Origin: Tricharina praecox
Taxonomy: Eukaryota
Assembly: GCF_024521635.1 (NCBI RefSeq)
Contig: NW_026250422.1
Location: forward strand, 248,001 to 312,000
Direction of reading: 5' to 3'
DNA length: 64,000 nt
Below, one piece after another: positions 52,359 through 64,000 of the stretch. The notes below the pieces were generated by a model, which made no database searches, was not told the DNA's origin, and saw only the letters and a program-made list of their open reading frames with translations. Positions within the stretch are counted from its first letter, which is position 1, and the number at the start of each line of letters is the position of its first letter. Position numbers and translations under genes: made by a program.

Positions 52359-54981
52359 CGGTGGTATTCGAAAGATGAGGATGGTGGACGTAGACTCCAT
52401 TATCGACATTCCGCTTGGTCGCTGGGTGGACCCGGGTACATTACATAGGCTTTTTTTTTTCACTGCGAGCGGATCGGAGGTATTATTTAGAGACGCCCTG
52501 CCGAGTCCCCCCTCCCCCCCCCCCCCTCCCCCCCCCCTCCCCCCCCCCTCCCCCCCCGACCCCATTGCCCCAATGATAGTTAGTCCCCATCATCCACCAC
52601 CACCACCACCAGCACCAGCACCTATCAAACCCCCCTCCCCACCCCCCCCCTCCCCCATCCTATCCCCCCCCCTCCCCCCCCAGCTCCCATCCACCTACCG
52701 GGTAGGGCAGCTACCTAGCTCTTGCGTCTGCGTGTAGAGCATGTATGTAGCAGCATGGGTATCAGAAGTATTATTTTCCATCACCCATCACCCATCCCCC
52801 ATCCCCCATCCCCCCATGCGCCGTCCCTCCATCCCCCGTCCCTCCATCCCCCGTCCCTCCATCCCCCCGTCCCATCCCTACCCCGGTCCCGAACCCGCAT
52901 GGAACGTCTCGTTCTGGCCCCCCGGATCGAACCCCCGACGTGTTTCTTCTTTTCTTCCTTCGAGATGGATGTGCGCAACCTGAAATAAGAAATTACTAGT
53001 GGTAAAGAGTCAAGACGGTTCCGTGGGTAGGCGCCAGCTGGAGAGAAAGGGTTTTGTGTCTCGGAGCGTTGGGGGAGGGGAGGGGGGAGGTAGGGGGGGG
53101 TTCGATGTCAGCAGCTGTGGAAGACACTTTGTCACTGCGACGGTACGGTACTGAGATCAGTACCAAAGTACCTAACATCATAGAGTACATACACCCGTAC
53201 ACTACGCACACTATGATGTACACTCCGTAATATGAACGACTATGAACACCATGTATCTATACCATGTACCGTAGTGCACACTGCGGACTCTAGGTACTCG
53301 GGTGTAAGGGTAAGTGCTGCCTCACCAGGTTTTCCCCCATACAACTTAGCGCTTTTCCCCCATAACAACTTAGTCACAACCACTCACTCATTTCATCGTA
53401 TCCGGCTTAGTGCACCTCTATGCTTGACTAGTGCTTATAATCCGTAATGGTGGTGAGGCACCACTTATTGGCAGCTCCTGGTACTCTCCCCTACAAGCGC
53501 TGATGATCCCAGTGGTGGCGGTGGTGTGTCAAACGTACAGTACATATGGGGATACGTAGAGTGTGTATGTGTGTACATACTCTACACATGTAGGTAGAGT
53601 AAGTTACTCCAGGTACTTATGACATTACTTGGGTATGATACTCTACCCCCCAGGACCCATAGCACCTACCCAGTACCTACTGTGGGTTGGAGCCACACCA
53701 CCAGCGACCATCAGCATTCCAAAGTGTTTTTTTCCCTTCATTTATTCCTACATATGTACACAGATACACAGATACACAGGTGGAAAGCTGAAAACGTGCG
53801 CATGGAACGACGGCAGAAGCTGAGGCTGGTGCTACACGACTCTATTCTACATATTCTATATTGCGGTGGTGAACTGGTGGCCAGTGGCCACTGGCCACCG
53901 TAGGCCCATAGACCATAGCTAATCTTGACGTTCGGGTGCCTGGAGCCTGGAGCCTGGTTTTATATACGAGGTAGGTAAGATACCGTTGGGAGCTGCGGAC
54001 TTCTTACTGGCTACTCTACTGGCTACTGGTGTAACTCAGCCCAGAGGCACAAGGCGCCGACCGATAGACCGACCGGTCGGCTCCTGACTCTAGATCAGCT
54101 ACGCCGCTCCGCCGTGTTGCAGCATTCCTTCCCTTCCCTTCCTTCCCTTCCATCCCGCCACAGGCTTCGCGGCCGGTCAGCTGACGGTGTTACTATGCGC
54201 ACCACCAGTACCACAAGTGCTTGGGCTAACCGGGGGGGGGGTGTGAAACATCCAGGTACATACACATCATATCCAGCATCATAGCATCATACTCAGCGCC
54301 ATAGCGAGTCATGAGATATCACCAGTGACCACTCCAGCAACATCCAAGTTCCAAGTTGCCAATGTTAACATCCAATAATACCCCGTTTCTCACATTGCCC
54401 CCGTCACTCCCCCCCCCCCTCCTCCCTCCCCCCTCACGCCACACACACAGTGCACACATACGCAGTGGGGGAGATCTAGAGGACCGGTAGGTAGAGGCCG
54501 AAGGCTGATGGAACACCCGATCCGACCTTCTAGTGCTGAACCCTTGCCCCCCATCACCCCCCGTCACCCCCGTCATCCCCCTTACAGCCGCGCGGGAGTA
54601 CTCTACACTACCAAGCTGCTCATGGTGCTCCCCTGTCCACCAAACGCAGTTACAGACTTGTACCTGGTTAGCCTTGCAGCCTGTGTGTGTGTGTGTGTGC
54701 AGTGGGAGGGGAAGTGTGCACTGTGGTGTGAGTGTCATGTTTGAGATGGGATGGGGTGGGATGGGATGGGAAACAGAAATAAATAAATGAAATGAAATGG
54801 AAATGGAAATGGTTGAGCGGCTCGCTACAATGTATTTACGCATGAGAGGAGCATGGGAAGAGGGGCATGTAACCAAGTATGAGACATGCCGTACTCTGGT
54901 TTGATCGAGTACGGTGCTTGGGTAGGTAAACAAAAAAGAAGCATCGAAATGGAAGAGGAAAAAAGGGATTTCAACCTGACT

Positions 54982-55025
54982 TTGATTTTGATTTTGATTT
55001 TGATTTTGATTTCCGATTTTGATTT
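54982..55025. repeat. (GATTTT)n hexanucleotide microsatellite
   Basis: Direct reading of the sequence. Confidence 0.85.
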
Positions 55026-58000
55026 CAGGCTGATTTTGCTTTCTATCCCCGACCGAACGACAAAGCCCAAAGGAAACGGCCAAAGTTGCGGCACTGAAGC
55101 CACGGCCCACCGGTGACCGGACTCCTCCATGCCGTGTGTAGATATACCTAGTAAACGCAAACGAGATGGTCCATATGTACGATCGTATCATCGGATGTCG
55201 GGGGAATGCTCTATGTGCTAGACTAGATCTACTAGTACGGTATAGTGGACCGTAGTAGGCCCTATCGAAAGTTCGAAACTCCCATCGAATGATATTTCTA
55301 TATATGTAGGAGGTAACTAGGAGGCGGTTAAAACGATAGGAATACATATGAGCATGAACTACCTTACCTTACCTACCAGCCTACCGCCAGCCTACCTACG
55401 CAAGTACCTACGCAAGTACCAATGTATGTATGGTGCTCTCCATGTGTGTAGATAGAGTACCTATCGGGGCTTACAGCGAGATTGTTTCCCCCATGTTTTT
55501 GCTCCAGACCCTGACCCGCCCTCCCGCGCTACTCTACATACTCTACTCTACTCTACTCACTGAACGTCATTCGACCTGGCCCCGGTCGGCCACATTCCCG
55601 ATGACTCGACGAGGCCTTGTGCGGCGGCGGCGCGCGCGTGCGCGGTGCGGTGTGGAGCCGGCAGTCTAGAGTACCTATTGACGGATATATAGTATCAGCG
55701 GTTGGAAGTACACTGGTATGTACCGTAGGTGGGCAGGTAGGTGGGCAAGTAGGGGAGTAGGTAAGCAAGTAGGGAAGTGGATGCGTTTACCGGGCGGTGG
55801 GTACGGCTAGAGCACTAGGTATACCTACGGTAGCTAAGAGCTTACGGCAGCAGTAGCAGTAGGAGTAGCAGCAACGGAGAAGCAGCACCACGTGCGCACA
55901 GAAGTTGATGCTGCAACGTACCGTATTCTGGAGGGATGGGATTGCTCCTGGTGTACCTACACCTACTCTATGATGCCTAGTACCGCTTTGATCAGCCCCG
56001 GGAATTGATGCAGCATTGCAGCTTCGACTCTCGAGCCGTCTGATTGGCCTAGCTAATGGCGTGGCTCGGAGCTCTGCACTTTCCACGCCGACAAGTCGGA
56101 TCGGGTCGGTCATCATTGTGCGGCCCACTTCGGCCACCCTGTCCTCGTGTCCTCTTGCGGAGGGAGTATGGTTCCTATGTATGCACTTACCACATCGTAC
56201 ACATCTCTCGCCGCCATCCTCCTCGCCGCTGGGATGGGGGAGGGCAACCCTGCGATTTGCGGGGGGTTTCCTGCCGGGAAAGATGAGTACCTGTGCATGG
56301 CCGGTGGCCGGTGGGCCTTTCTTCCCTTCTGTTCGGGAGGAAAGGATGACATAAGCCCTTTCATGGTTGCAAATACCGTATTACAATTCTACATACGTTT
56401 GCGTCGGCCCTTCCACGGTCCGGACGTTAGCTTAGGAACGAGCCATCCTCCCGCCACCCCCAACGAGGCTGGTAAGTAAGGCAAAGCGGCGGAAAGTCGA
56501 GGTTCAGAATCTCAGACATGCAAAACGGGCTGCGGCCCAGGCTGATGCGCTAGTTATGTACAGTAGGTACTCCGAGACTCCGGGTGAACACCCCATTCGC
56601 TTCTCGAAACGCGGCTTGCGGAAAAATCACAAAGCCGCTGCGTCAGGACTCACGCCCACCAACCCAACCAACCAGTCGTCCCGGATCCGAATCCGAGTGA
56701 GTGCACCCGGTTGGTTGCCGAAGCCGATGTGAGGGCGGGACTTCGGAAGAGTGATATCTATGCATATTTCAACGAAGGATACACCGAAAAGTAGGTAGGC
56801 TGCACCTATAGCCTCCTACATATGAAGTTGTATCCCCGTGACGATAGGCAGCTCCAACCCTCGACAGGTAGCAATATATTTCTCCAGGAGTCGCTTCTCT
56901 CTGAGCAGTGTGGCTTGTCTCAGAAATGTCTGACTGACAAGGCCGGGCTAGACACGCCTATGTTTCACCGAATACGGTACCTATAGTAAGAAGTAAGTAA
57001 CCAGTCTGAGAGAAGTGTCTGCCTGCCTCTTGAGTGGGGGTTAACTATGGTACCGTAATTATGTAGTACTTGGAGCCAGTAGGTTCCGGTGATCCACACA
57101 CGCTCACTCGACATCCTCTCAATTACGATGTTGGTTATTAGGCGTCTATTTGCCTACTATTCCTGTCAGTGGTTCTTTGCAGTGTTCTTTGACCTTTCAT
57201 ATCGTCGCAGACTCGCCGTAAGCAGCCTTTATCTTTGTAGTTTCAGCCTTCTCAGCATTGTCCCTAGCATCTCACCAGAATCAACCTCTTGAGTCTTTAG
57301 CCCAGTCCGGCATTGTCTAGGTATCGTAGCATCCTCTGTCTGAGATTCTGAGGCTTCATCCATTTGTCTAGAGTACACGTGCTCGTTGTTTCCCTCATTC
57401 ATCTCATCTCACTAATGATTCAAGTCAAGTTCTTCGCTCAGTTTCAACAGACGAGACACGCTGCTAACTAACTACTGGGTATAACTAGTAGATTCTCCAT
57501 GAGACCATACTCTACTATTTACCTAGTAATTATACCTATCCCTACGTCGACATGCACCGCATTCCCCACACCGATTGTCCGTGCCGTGTAGCAGTCCCCG
57601 GTCCCCAGTCCCAAGTTTCGCCAGAAGATCTCTAGATCTCGTATCGATCACGGCGACCACGAACTATTTACCTGGTCTCGTCCGTCCAGAGGTGGGCAAG
57701 TGAGACTGTGAGAGGAACAAGTAATTACCGTAGGGGCAGTCTAGAGTAGAGAAGCTGCCTACGGTACCGTATGTACTCCACATATCGAGTCGAGTCGAGT
57801 AGCTCTCGGATCCAGGACCTACACACATCCGATACAACGTCAGCTCTTGCAACGTCCCTACATACACGCATACATACCGTACAAACCGTACATGCCACCG
57901 ACAAGGCGTTGTCGGATGGTCGGAGACCCCACGCGAATACTAGTATTACTAGTAACTCAGAACTTGTGCTGGAGATTATGTAGGGAGATGCATGAGACAG

Positions 58001-61000
58001 CAACAGGGATAGGTAATAACACCAGCTACAGAGTTGCCCACTGACCATCTGTTTAGCATAGATATATGCAACTACGCAAAAGCTTATACATGATTACCAT
58101 TGAAACCAAGCTTCGTCGCGCGGCCTACTACTACATGAGTAGTTAGCGGAATCTCGGTCGACCGGCACCCCGCAACTGGGCTGAGTTATATGTATATATC
58201 GGACATCTGAGTCCTGGAGAAGATCTCGTGACGCCCGTCTGGGATGTCAGACAGACAGTCAGAGTATCCCTCCGATATGATCCCGATGCTAACTCTCCGG
58301 AGTCCGGTAGGGAGGATCCAGATGCTGAGACTCACATACACATACACACACACACATCACAAGGGGCAGTACCACGTACTACTACTCTAGTATGTAGATA
58401 CAACGTTTTCAATTTCGTTTGTTTCGGAATTTACGAGCTCAGCGGGAACTCAATGCTCCGAGAGCATGGCTACATACGCCGGTTACAAGCGGCAGGAAAA
58501 ACTTCAAAGTATGTACATTGTACCTATTCTATGCCCTATGCCTCCCTACCCTATCAACTCAGCCCTCGACTCGAGCTCGCCGGAACTGCTCACGATGCGG
58601 CGTAGGGCCGGAGGCTGACAAGGTATCGTCAATTTGGTCCGTGAGTATGCATCCGGTACTCATTGGCCGAGGGAGAGTCGAGATATGTTGGTTTCGTACA
58701 TAGATGCACTTGAGGTGGACCCGGACCAGCGGAACGGACAGGAAAGCTTGGTGGGACTGTATGTAAAATGAGGTGATGTTCTCTCCCACTTGAGCCTTGA
58801 GCCTTGAGGTGGGCATTCGCCGTGAGTCGGCCCAATGAACCGAAACGCTACTGTGATGTTGTTTTTGGCGTTTTTGTTCCACATGCTGGATAAGTCTGGC
58901 TTTCTGGTAGGCATCAATGGATGGGACAGCTGAAGGCCTGGAAGAGGAGGAGGAGGTTCACCGCCACCCACGGTGCGAAATACCTATGGACAACGTAGAA
59001 GTCTCGTGTTGTCTGATAATCGTCAGCCAGCAATAATGGAGCGTGATCCCGTTCCTGTCTGTGTTGGGGTTCACGAGAGTGATCCGCAAGATGTCCCCAT
59101 AGATCCAGGGGAAGGGGATCATCCCGTGTCAATCGGATATGAGAGCGATGGCACCAGGGTTGAAGTTATTTCACTCTACGTTGAGGGGAAATAAGTTGGT
59201 TTGCATCGTTAGATTGCATTCTGCTCACTCGCATAACATCACTTGATATAACTATTTCATGGAAGGTTTTTATGGATGGGAAATTTGTTTGTTCCTAGTT
59301 GTACGGTTTACACGGAGGGAAAGCGGCTTGACGGTATTGTAGAACATACCTTTGCTTCCATTTGGACTCAAAGAAACTGGGCCCGTGAGAGATGAGCAAA
59401 GTTTATGAGAGTTGATGTGTAGGTACAGTGTACCAGGTAGAAGGATCTTCCGTTAACATCACCGTGGACCCTGAGTGTCCTTTCCGCCTGCTTATCATCC
59501 GATATACACGCCTTTTAGGTCAATGAAGGCTAGTAGCCTAACGGCAACTCCTATATACAAGGCACTTATATCCTCGAACCAAAGGGGATCTGAACGAGCC
59601 AGCGCTACCAGCCTGTCTTGCTTCTCATCGTCCATGCTTCCGACGTCTTTGGTGCGCCTGATGACCACACCACCCGCCTAACGAGTATCTCGTCTCTACC
59701 GATGAACTTTGGGCCGCCGGCTTTATGGCCGTCCAAGGCCACCCAGGTAGACGTTGGCATTGGTGCCATTTCGGCGGATCAAATCCTCCAGTCCGTTGAT
59801 ACGACGCTCGAAAAGCGGTTGGAGAAAAGGTTATAGCTGGCTGGTTTTGTAAGTGCGAGTCTGGCCGATGTTGGCAACTCCGTGGTCGTAAACTCGGTAT
59901 GGCCTCACTTCCTCGAGCGACTCGCTGTAGCAAGGTGGTCCATAGCCTGTAGGGGGCTCTTCGTCAAGGATGTAACGGATGTCGATGCTGTTTCCGCGCG
60001 TGACTTTGTCGTCGCCGTCGTCATACCGCCTTCTTCTGTGTGCCAGGACTCCTTCATCTAAAGCCTGCTACCTAGATCTCTCGAACGGTGAATTGATGAT
60101 TGTCGTCCATTGGGTAAGAAGAGGATAAAGTGTAACAGCTACGTAGACGACGCCTAAGTTCTAATTCGCACTAAGCCTTGGTATCTCAATGACGCTTCGA
60201 TGAGGGGTTGGCGGATCACTTACATAGCAGTGAATTCCCCACCTCCATACCCCATATGTCATCGATTTCGTACGGATTCGGGCCTTGTCTCGCGGAAGGG
60301 CAATGGCCTCTGCGATTGTGTAATGAGCCACGGGCACCGAGAACCGAAAATGTTACCCTCTTCACGGCGGCACGCCTTCCAATTCCTCAACTAACTACTA
60401 GGCCTTGGCAGACATTTCGGAAACAAGCCGCACTTGAACGGGAAAACGGGACTCTGGGAGAAACATCCCCGCAGAGGGCTGGAATAGGTAGTGCAGTTTT
60501 GTGTCGCAGGCTATTGGAGAGCTGAATGACAACCGTGAGATAAGTGTTCCATGCTTAAGGTCACTCGGCAAGCCATCATCGTCCGTAGTCGAGAATGCTC
60601 TCCATATCACTCGCCTTTCTAGACTTTGTCTAGAATGATTTACAACCCCTAGAGATGCGTATAATTACAGTAGCTAGATAGATACGAGGTGAGAATAATA
60701 CCGGATTAATGCCGCTTCTATATCCAAATTCCGTAATGATTGATCGGTATCCAAGGCTCGGAGCGGCATCGAAGCCATACCGGTAAAAGTACCTCAATAC
60801 CGTCTTATCACGGCATCTTCTGGGAGTGCGGTAAACCATTCCCCCGGCATTTTCTGCCACGGTAGTTAAGTAACTACCGATAGGCGTCCTAACGAAGGGT
60901 CGAGGGTGGAAACAACCGAGCGGGGGATGCCGACGGAAGGAAGTGGTTGATCTCATGTACATACGAAGGGGAATTTAGGCGTTATGATGTTTGGTGGGGA

Positions 61001-61589
61001 GGCCGAAGGAGGAGCTTGGGCATGTTCATATGTACCGTATTCGTGTCCCCTTCTCCACCTGTCAAGATCTCGCTCCCTGTGACATGTATGTAGGAGAGCG
61101 AACTAGGGAGGGAGAGGGAGGAGGATATCCCGCGGCTTTTCCCACCACGCATACGCTCTCCGAGACACGATTGGGGGCATAATGTAACCCTTGATCTATC
61201 AGAAATTTTCTCACCCAAAAAAACACTTGTCACCACCGAGTAATCATACATGACCACGTTCAAAACATCGCCGTATATAAAACAGGAAGATCTCTCTCTC
61301 TCATCGCCGTATACCCAACCCTCCAAGATAATACGAAGTATGTACTCTACATCACCGTTCACCGTGCTTGATCTTCCATAAACGGGCAAAAAGGCCTGAT
61401 TGCACACAGACGAGTATTGAGAACCCAAGTTTCTCACCACCCCCCATGAAAACAATTCTATTCCCGAAATACCATTCACCTCATCGACAAATCCCGCGAC
61501 CAACCAGAAAAAAAAACAGAATGACATAAGAGAGGAAATCGCGTAGGATATGAGTGAACAAGAAAAGAAAAAATGAGAAAAATGTAACA

Positions 61590-64000
61590 CTACAGTTTGA
61601 ACTGCTCAAGGAATTTCCGTGCAGCCTCAAGACCCTCGTCGGCCTTTGTGGGGTCGAGTCCGACTCCCTGAGTGGTGGGACCCTTTCCTCCAGCCTTGCC
61701 ACCGACAATCTTGCTCACTGCGCTGGCCCAGTCTTGCGCGGTGGTTTGCTTGGTGAGTTCCTATGGGTCTAGGTTAGAATTTAGGAAGGTTGGGAGGTTG
61801 GGAAAGGAAACTTACTGGCGAGGCGTAGCATCCGTGGATGATCTTTCCCTCGGACTCGTCGCCAGCGATCAGGTAGACGGCCTTGTTGCTGTTCTTGGTT
61901 TGGGCGAACTTGAGGGCATCACCGATGGCCTTTCCGTTCGCGGAGATGGGGAGGCGTGCAACCATCACGTTGCTATCCTTATTCTTCTCGAAGTACTCGG
62001 TGATGGCGTCCATCGCAGTCTTGGACTCAGCCTTCTGCTTGGTCTTGAGCTCATCCATCATCTTCTTGTGGATGGCCGAGAACTTGTCCTTCAGTTGCGA
62101 CTTGGTGACGGTAGAAATCGACAGGTTGCTGAGGTCCACATTGGTCTTCTTGATCTCGGCTTCCTTAGCGGCACCAGACTCCATCTTCTCAAGGCGATCA
62201 AGCCTCTTAGAAAAGTTGGCGGCGACCTCCTGCACGGCGTAGGCATCCTCTCCGGTAACCGCAACGATACGGCGGATACCCTTGGCGATACCGGACTCCT
62301 CAAGAATGATCAACTCCTTGATGTCGCTGGTTTTTGCCACGTGGGTTCCACCACAGAACTCGATGCTGACTTTGCTCCACTTAGGATTCTTGACATCCCG
62401 AAGCAGGTCCTCGATGGGCACACCAACCGAAACCACACGGACTGGGTCAGGATACGTTTCACCGAAGACAGCACGGACACCTTCGATTTGCCGGGCAGTG
62501 GCGAGTGCGACATCGCTTGCATAAACCTCGAGGTTTTGCCGGATGTACTCGGTAGAGATCTTCTCGATCTCGGCCAATTGCTGTGTTGTAACCTGCGCCT
62601 TGTGTGAAAAGTCGAACCGCAACTTCTCCGCAGCGACCAGAGATCCCTTTTGGTCGATTTCATTGCCGAGCACCTCCTTGAGTGCGTAGTTAAGGATGTG
62701 TGTTCCGGTGTGGTTATTGCGGATAGGCCATCTTCGTAGCTGAATAGGTCAGCTGAAAGTCATTGATAGATCGTGGAACTTGGCTTACCTCGTCGTATTC
62801 GCTGATAACCTTGTCAGAGACTGACAACGATCCGTAGTTCATGAAACCCGTATGAAGGACATAACCTCCGTAAACCTGCACGTTGGTAACATCGAACTCA
62901 GACTTTCCATCAATGACGATCTTTCCTGTGTCGTACTCCTGGCCTCCCTGCTCGGCATAGAAGTTGGTTTTATCCATCAGAATTCCTAACTGAGCGTCCG
63001 CGGGGAGACCTTCGGTAGTGTCGACGAAGACCTTATTGTGGTAGATAGCCACTATTTTACTGCTAATCACACCTCGTCCTGCGATACAGTTAGCAGCAGC
63101 CCCGGGAATCGATACTTGGGGACATACCATATTTGTAGCGGTCGTCCGTTTGGGGAACGTTAGTCATGCCCTCCAGCTTTCCAAGATCGTGAACGTCCAG
63201 CTTGACGAGTTCCACGCCACCAGAAGTCTTCTTGGCTTTGCTAGCTTCTTTGGCATCCGCCTGAGCCTTTGCGAATTCATCCTCGCTGATATCGAGTCCA
63301 GCTTCCTCGGCCATAATCCTAGTCAGATCAACGGGAAAGCCGTAGGTGTCGTACAATCGCCAAACGTCGGCTCCGTTCAATGTTGAAGATCCCTTCTTCT
63401 TCGTCTTCTCGGCATACTCCTGGAAGATCTTCTCGCCACGGTCAAGAGTGCGCGAGAACGACTCCTCTTCCTCGCTCAGAATCTCTTGAATGTCCTTTTC
63501 CCTCCTTGCAAGCTCGGGGAACATGCCACCCTACAAAGATGTTAACTGTCGATCTCAGGGTAGAGCATTTAGCAATCAGAGTACATACCAGTTGCTGGGT
63601 CAGAGTTGGGACCAGTTGGGCGAAGAAGCTACCGATCTCGACATTGAAGTAACGACGAGCATAACGGGCACCACGACGGAGAATTCGTCGGATGACGTAT
63701 CCTCTACCGTCGTTGTTAGGAGCACAGCCGTCTGCAATCGCAAAACTCAAAGTTCTGATATGGTCGGCGACGACACGGTAGGCGGTGTCGACACCATCAT
63801 TATCCTCGTCCCCGAACTTTCCCTCGTAGGGCCGTGCTCCGGTGATTTCACGTATCTTAGCAAAAAGCGGCGTGAAAACATCCGTGTCGTAGTTGGAGCG
63901 CTTGTCCTGAAGGACAGACACCAGGCGCTCAAAGCCCATTCCCGTGTCGACATGCTTGTTGGGCAGCGAGCGGAGTGAGCGGTCAGCCTCCCTGTTGTAT
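61590..64000 (-). CDS. ALA1: Alanyl-tRNA synthetase, 3' part (5' end lies beyond the window)
   Basis: [69 protein letters not shown]...[23 protein letters not shown]. Ends EQFKL*. Confidence 0.97.

Noticed and set aside
51361..52737. 458-aa plus-strand ORF
   Set aside because: Antisense shadow of the GC-rich RGS ORF plus poly-C tracts, with no recognisable motifs.
52885..52945. tRNA-like GGTTCGATCC (B-box) on the minus strand
   Set aside because: No T-stem pairing, acceptor stem or cloverleaf could be built.
54319..55347. 342-aa minus-strand ORF
   Set aside because: It runs through several microsatellites (NQNQ, ISIS, HTHT, GGG) and has no coding-like composition, so it is likely a chance open frame.
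55200..58200. TA/CTAG-rich intergenic DNA as a RIP-degraded transposon
   Set aside because: No terminal repeats, transposase or RT remnants, and no sharp AT-rich block is visible.
61590..61601. ALA1 C-terminal FKL as a peroxisomal PTS1
   Set aside because: F at position -3 is outside the usual (S/A/C)(K/R/H)(L/M) consensus, and there is no other support.

Overview
Eukaryotic genomic DNA from a filamentous ascomycete, possibly Pezizomycetes (inference). Introns are short GT-AG with CTAAC/CTGAC branch sites, and microsatellites are frequent. I assembled 17 protein-coding genes by eye, nearly all spliced. Housekeeping genes: NSE1, GOT1, profilin, RAD26/CSB, RPL7 (uL30), POL1, eIF3l, AFG2/DRG1, eIF4G, an ABC1/UbiB kinase (CQD1-like) and the 3' part of ALA1. 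The rest are a stand-alone GprK-type RGS-domain ORF, an RRM-like protein, a secreted/membrane protein and hypothetical proteins. The best non-coding signals are inside RPL7. Intron 2 holds a box C/D snoRNA with a 14-nt guide to 25S rRNA (predicted target equivalent to yeast Gm805), a possible second guide, and a perfect 13-bp closing stem. Intron 1 is unusually long and full of hairpins, including two cUUCGg loops and mutually exclusive stems, so it is a candidate splicing-autoregulation element or second ncRNA. No tRNA, rRNA, intact transposon or CRISPR was recognised. All family calls come from motif recognition, not database searches, and exon boundaries are manual.
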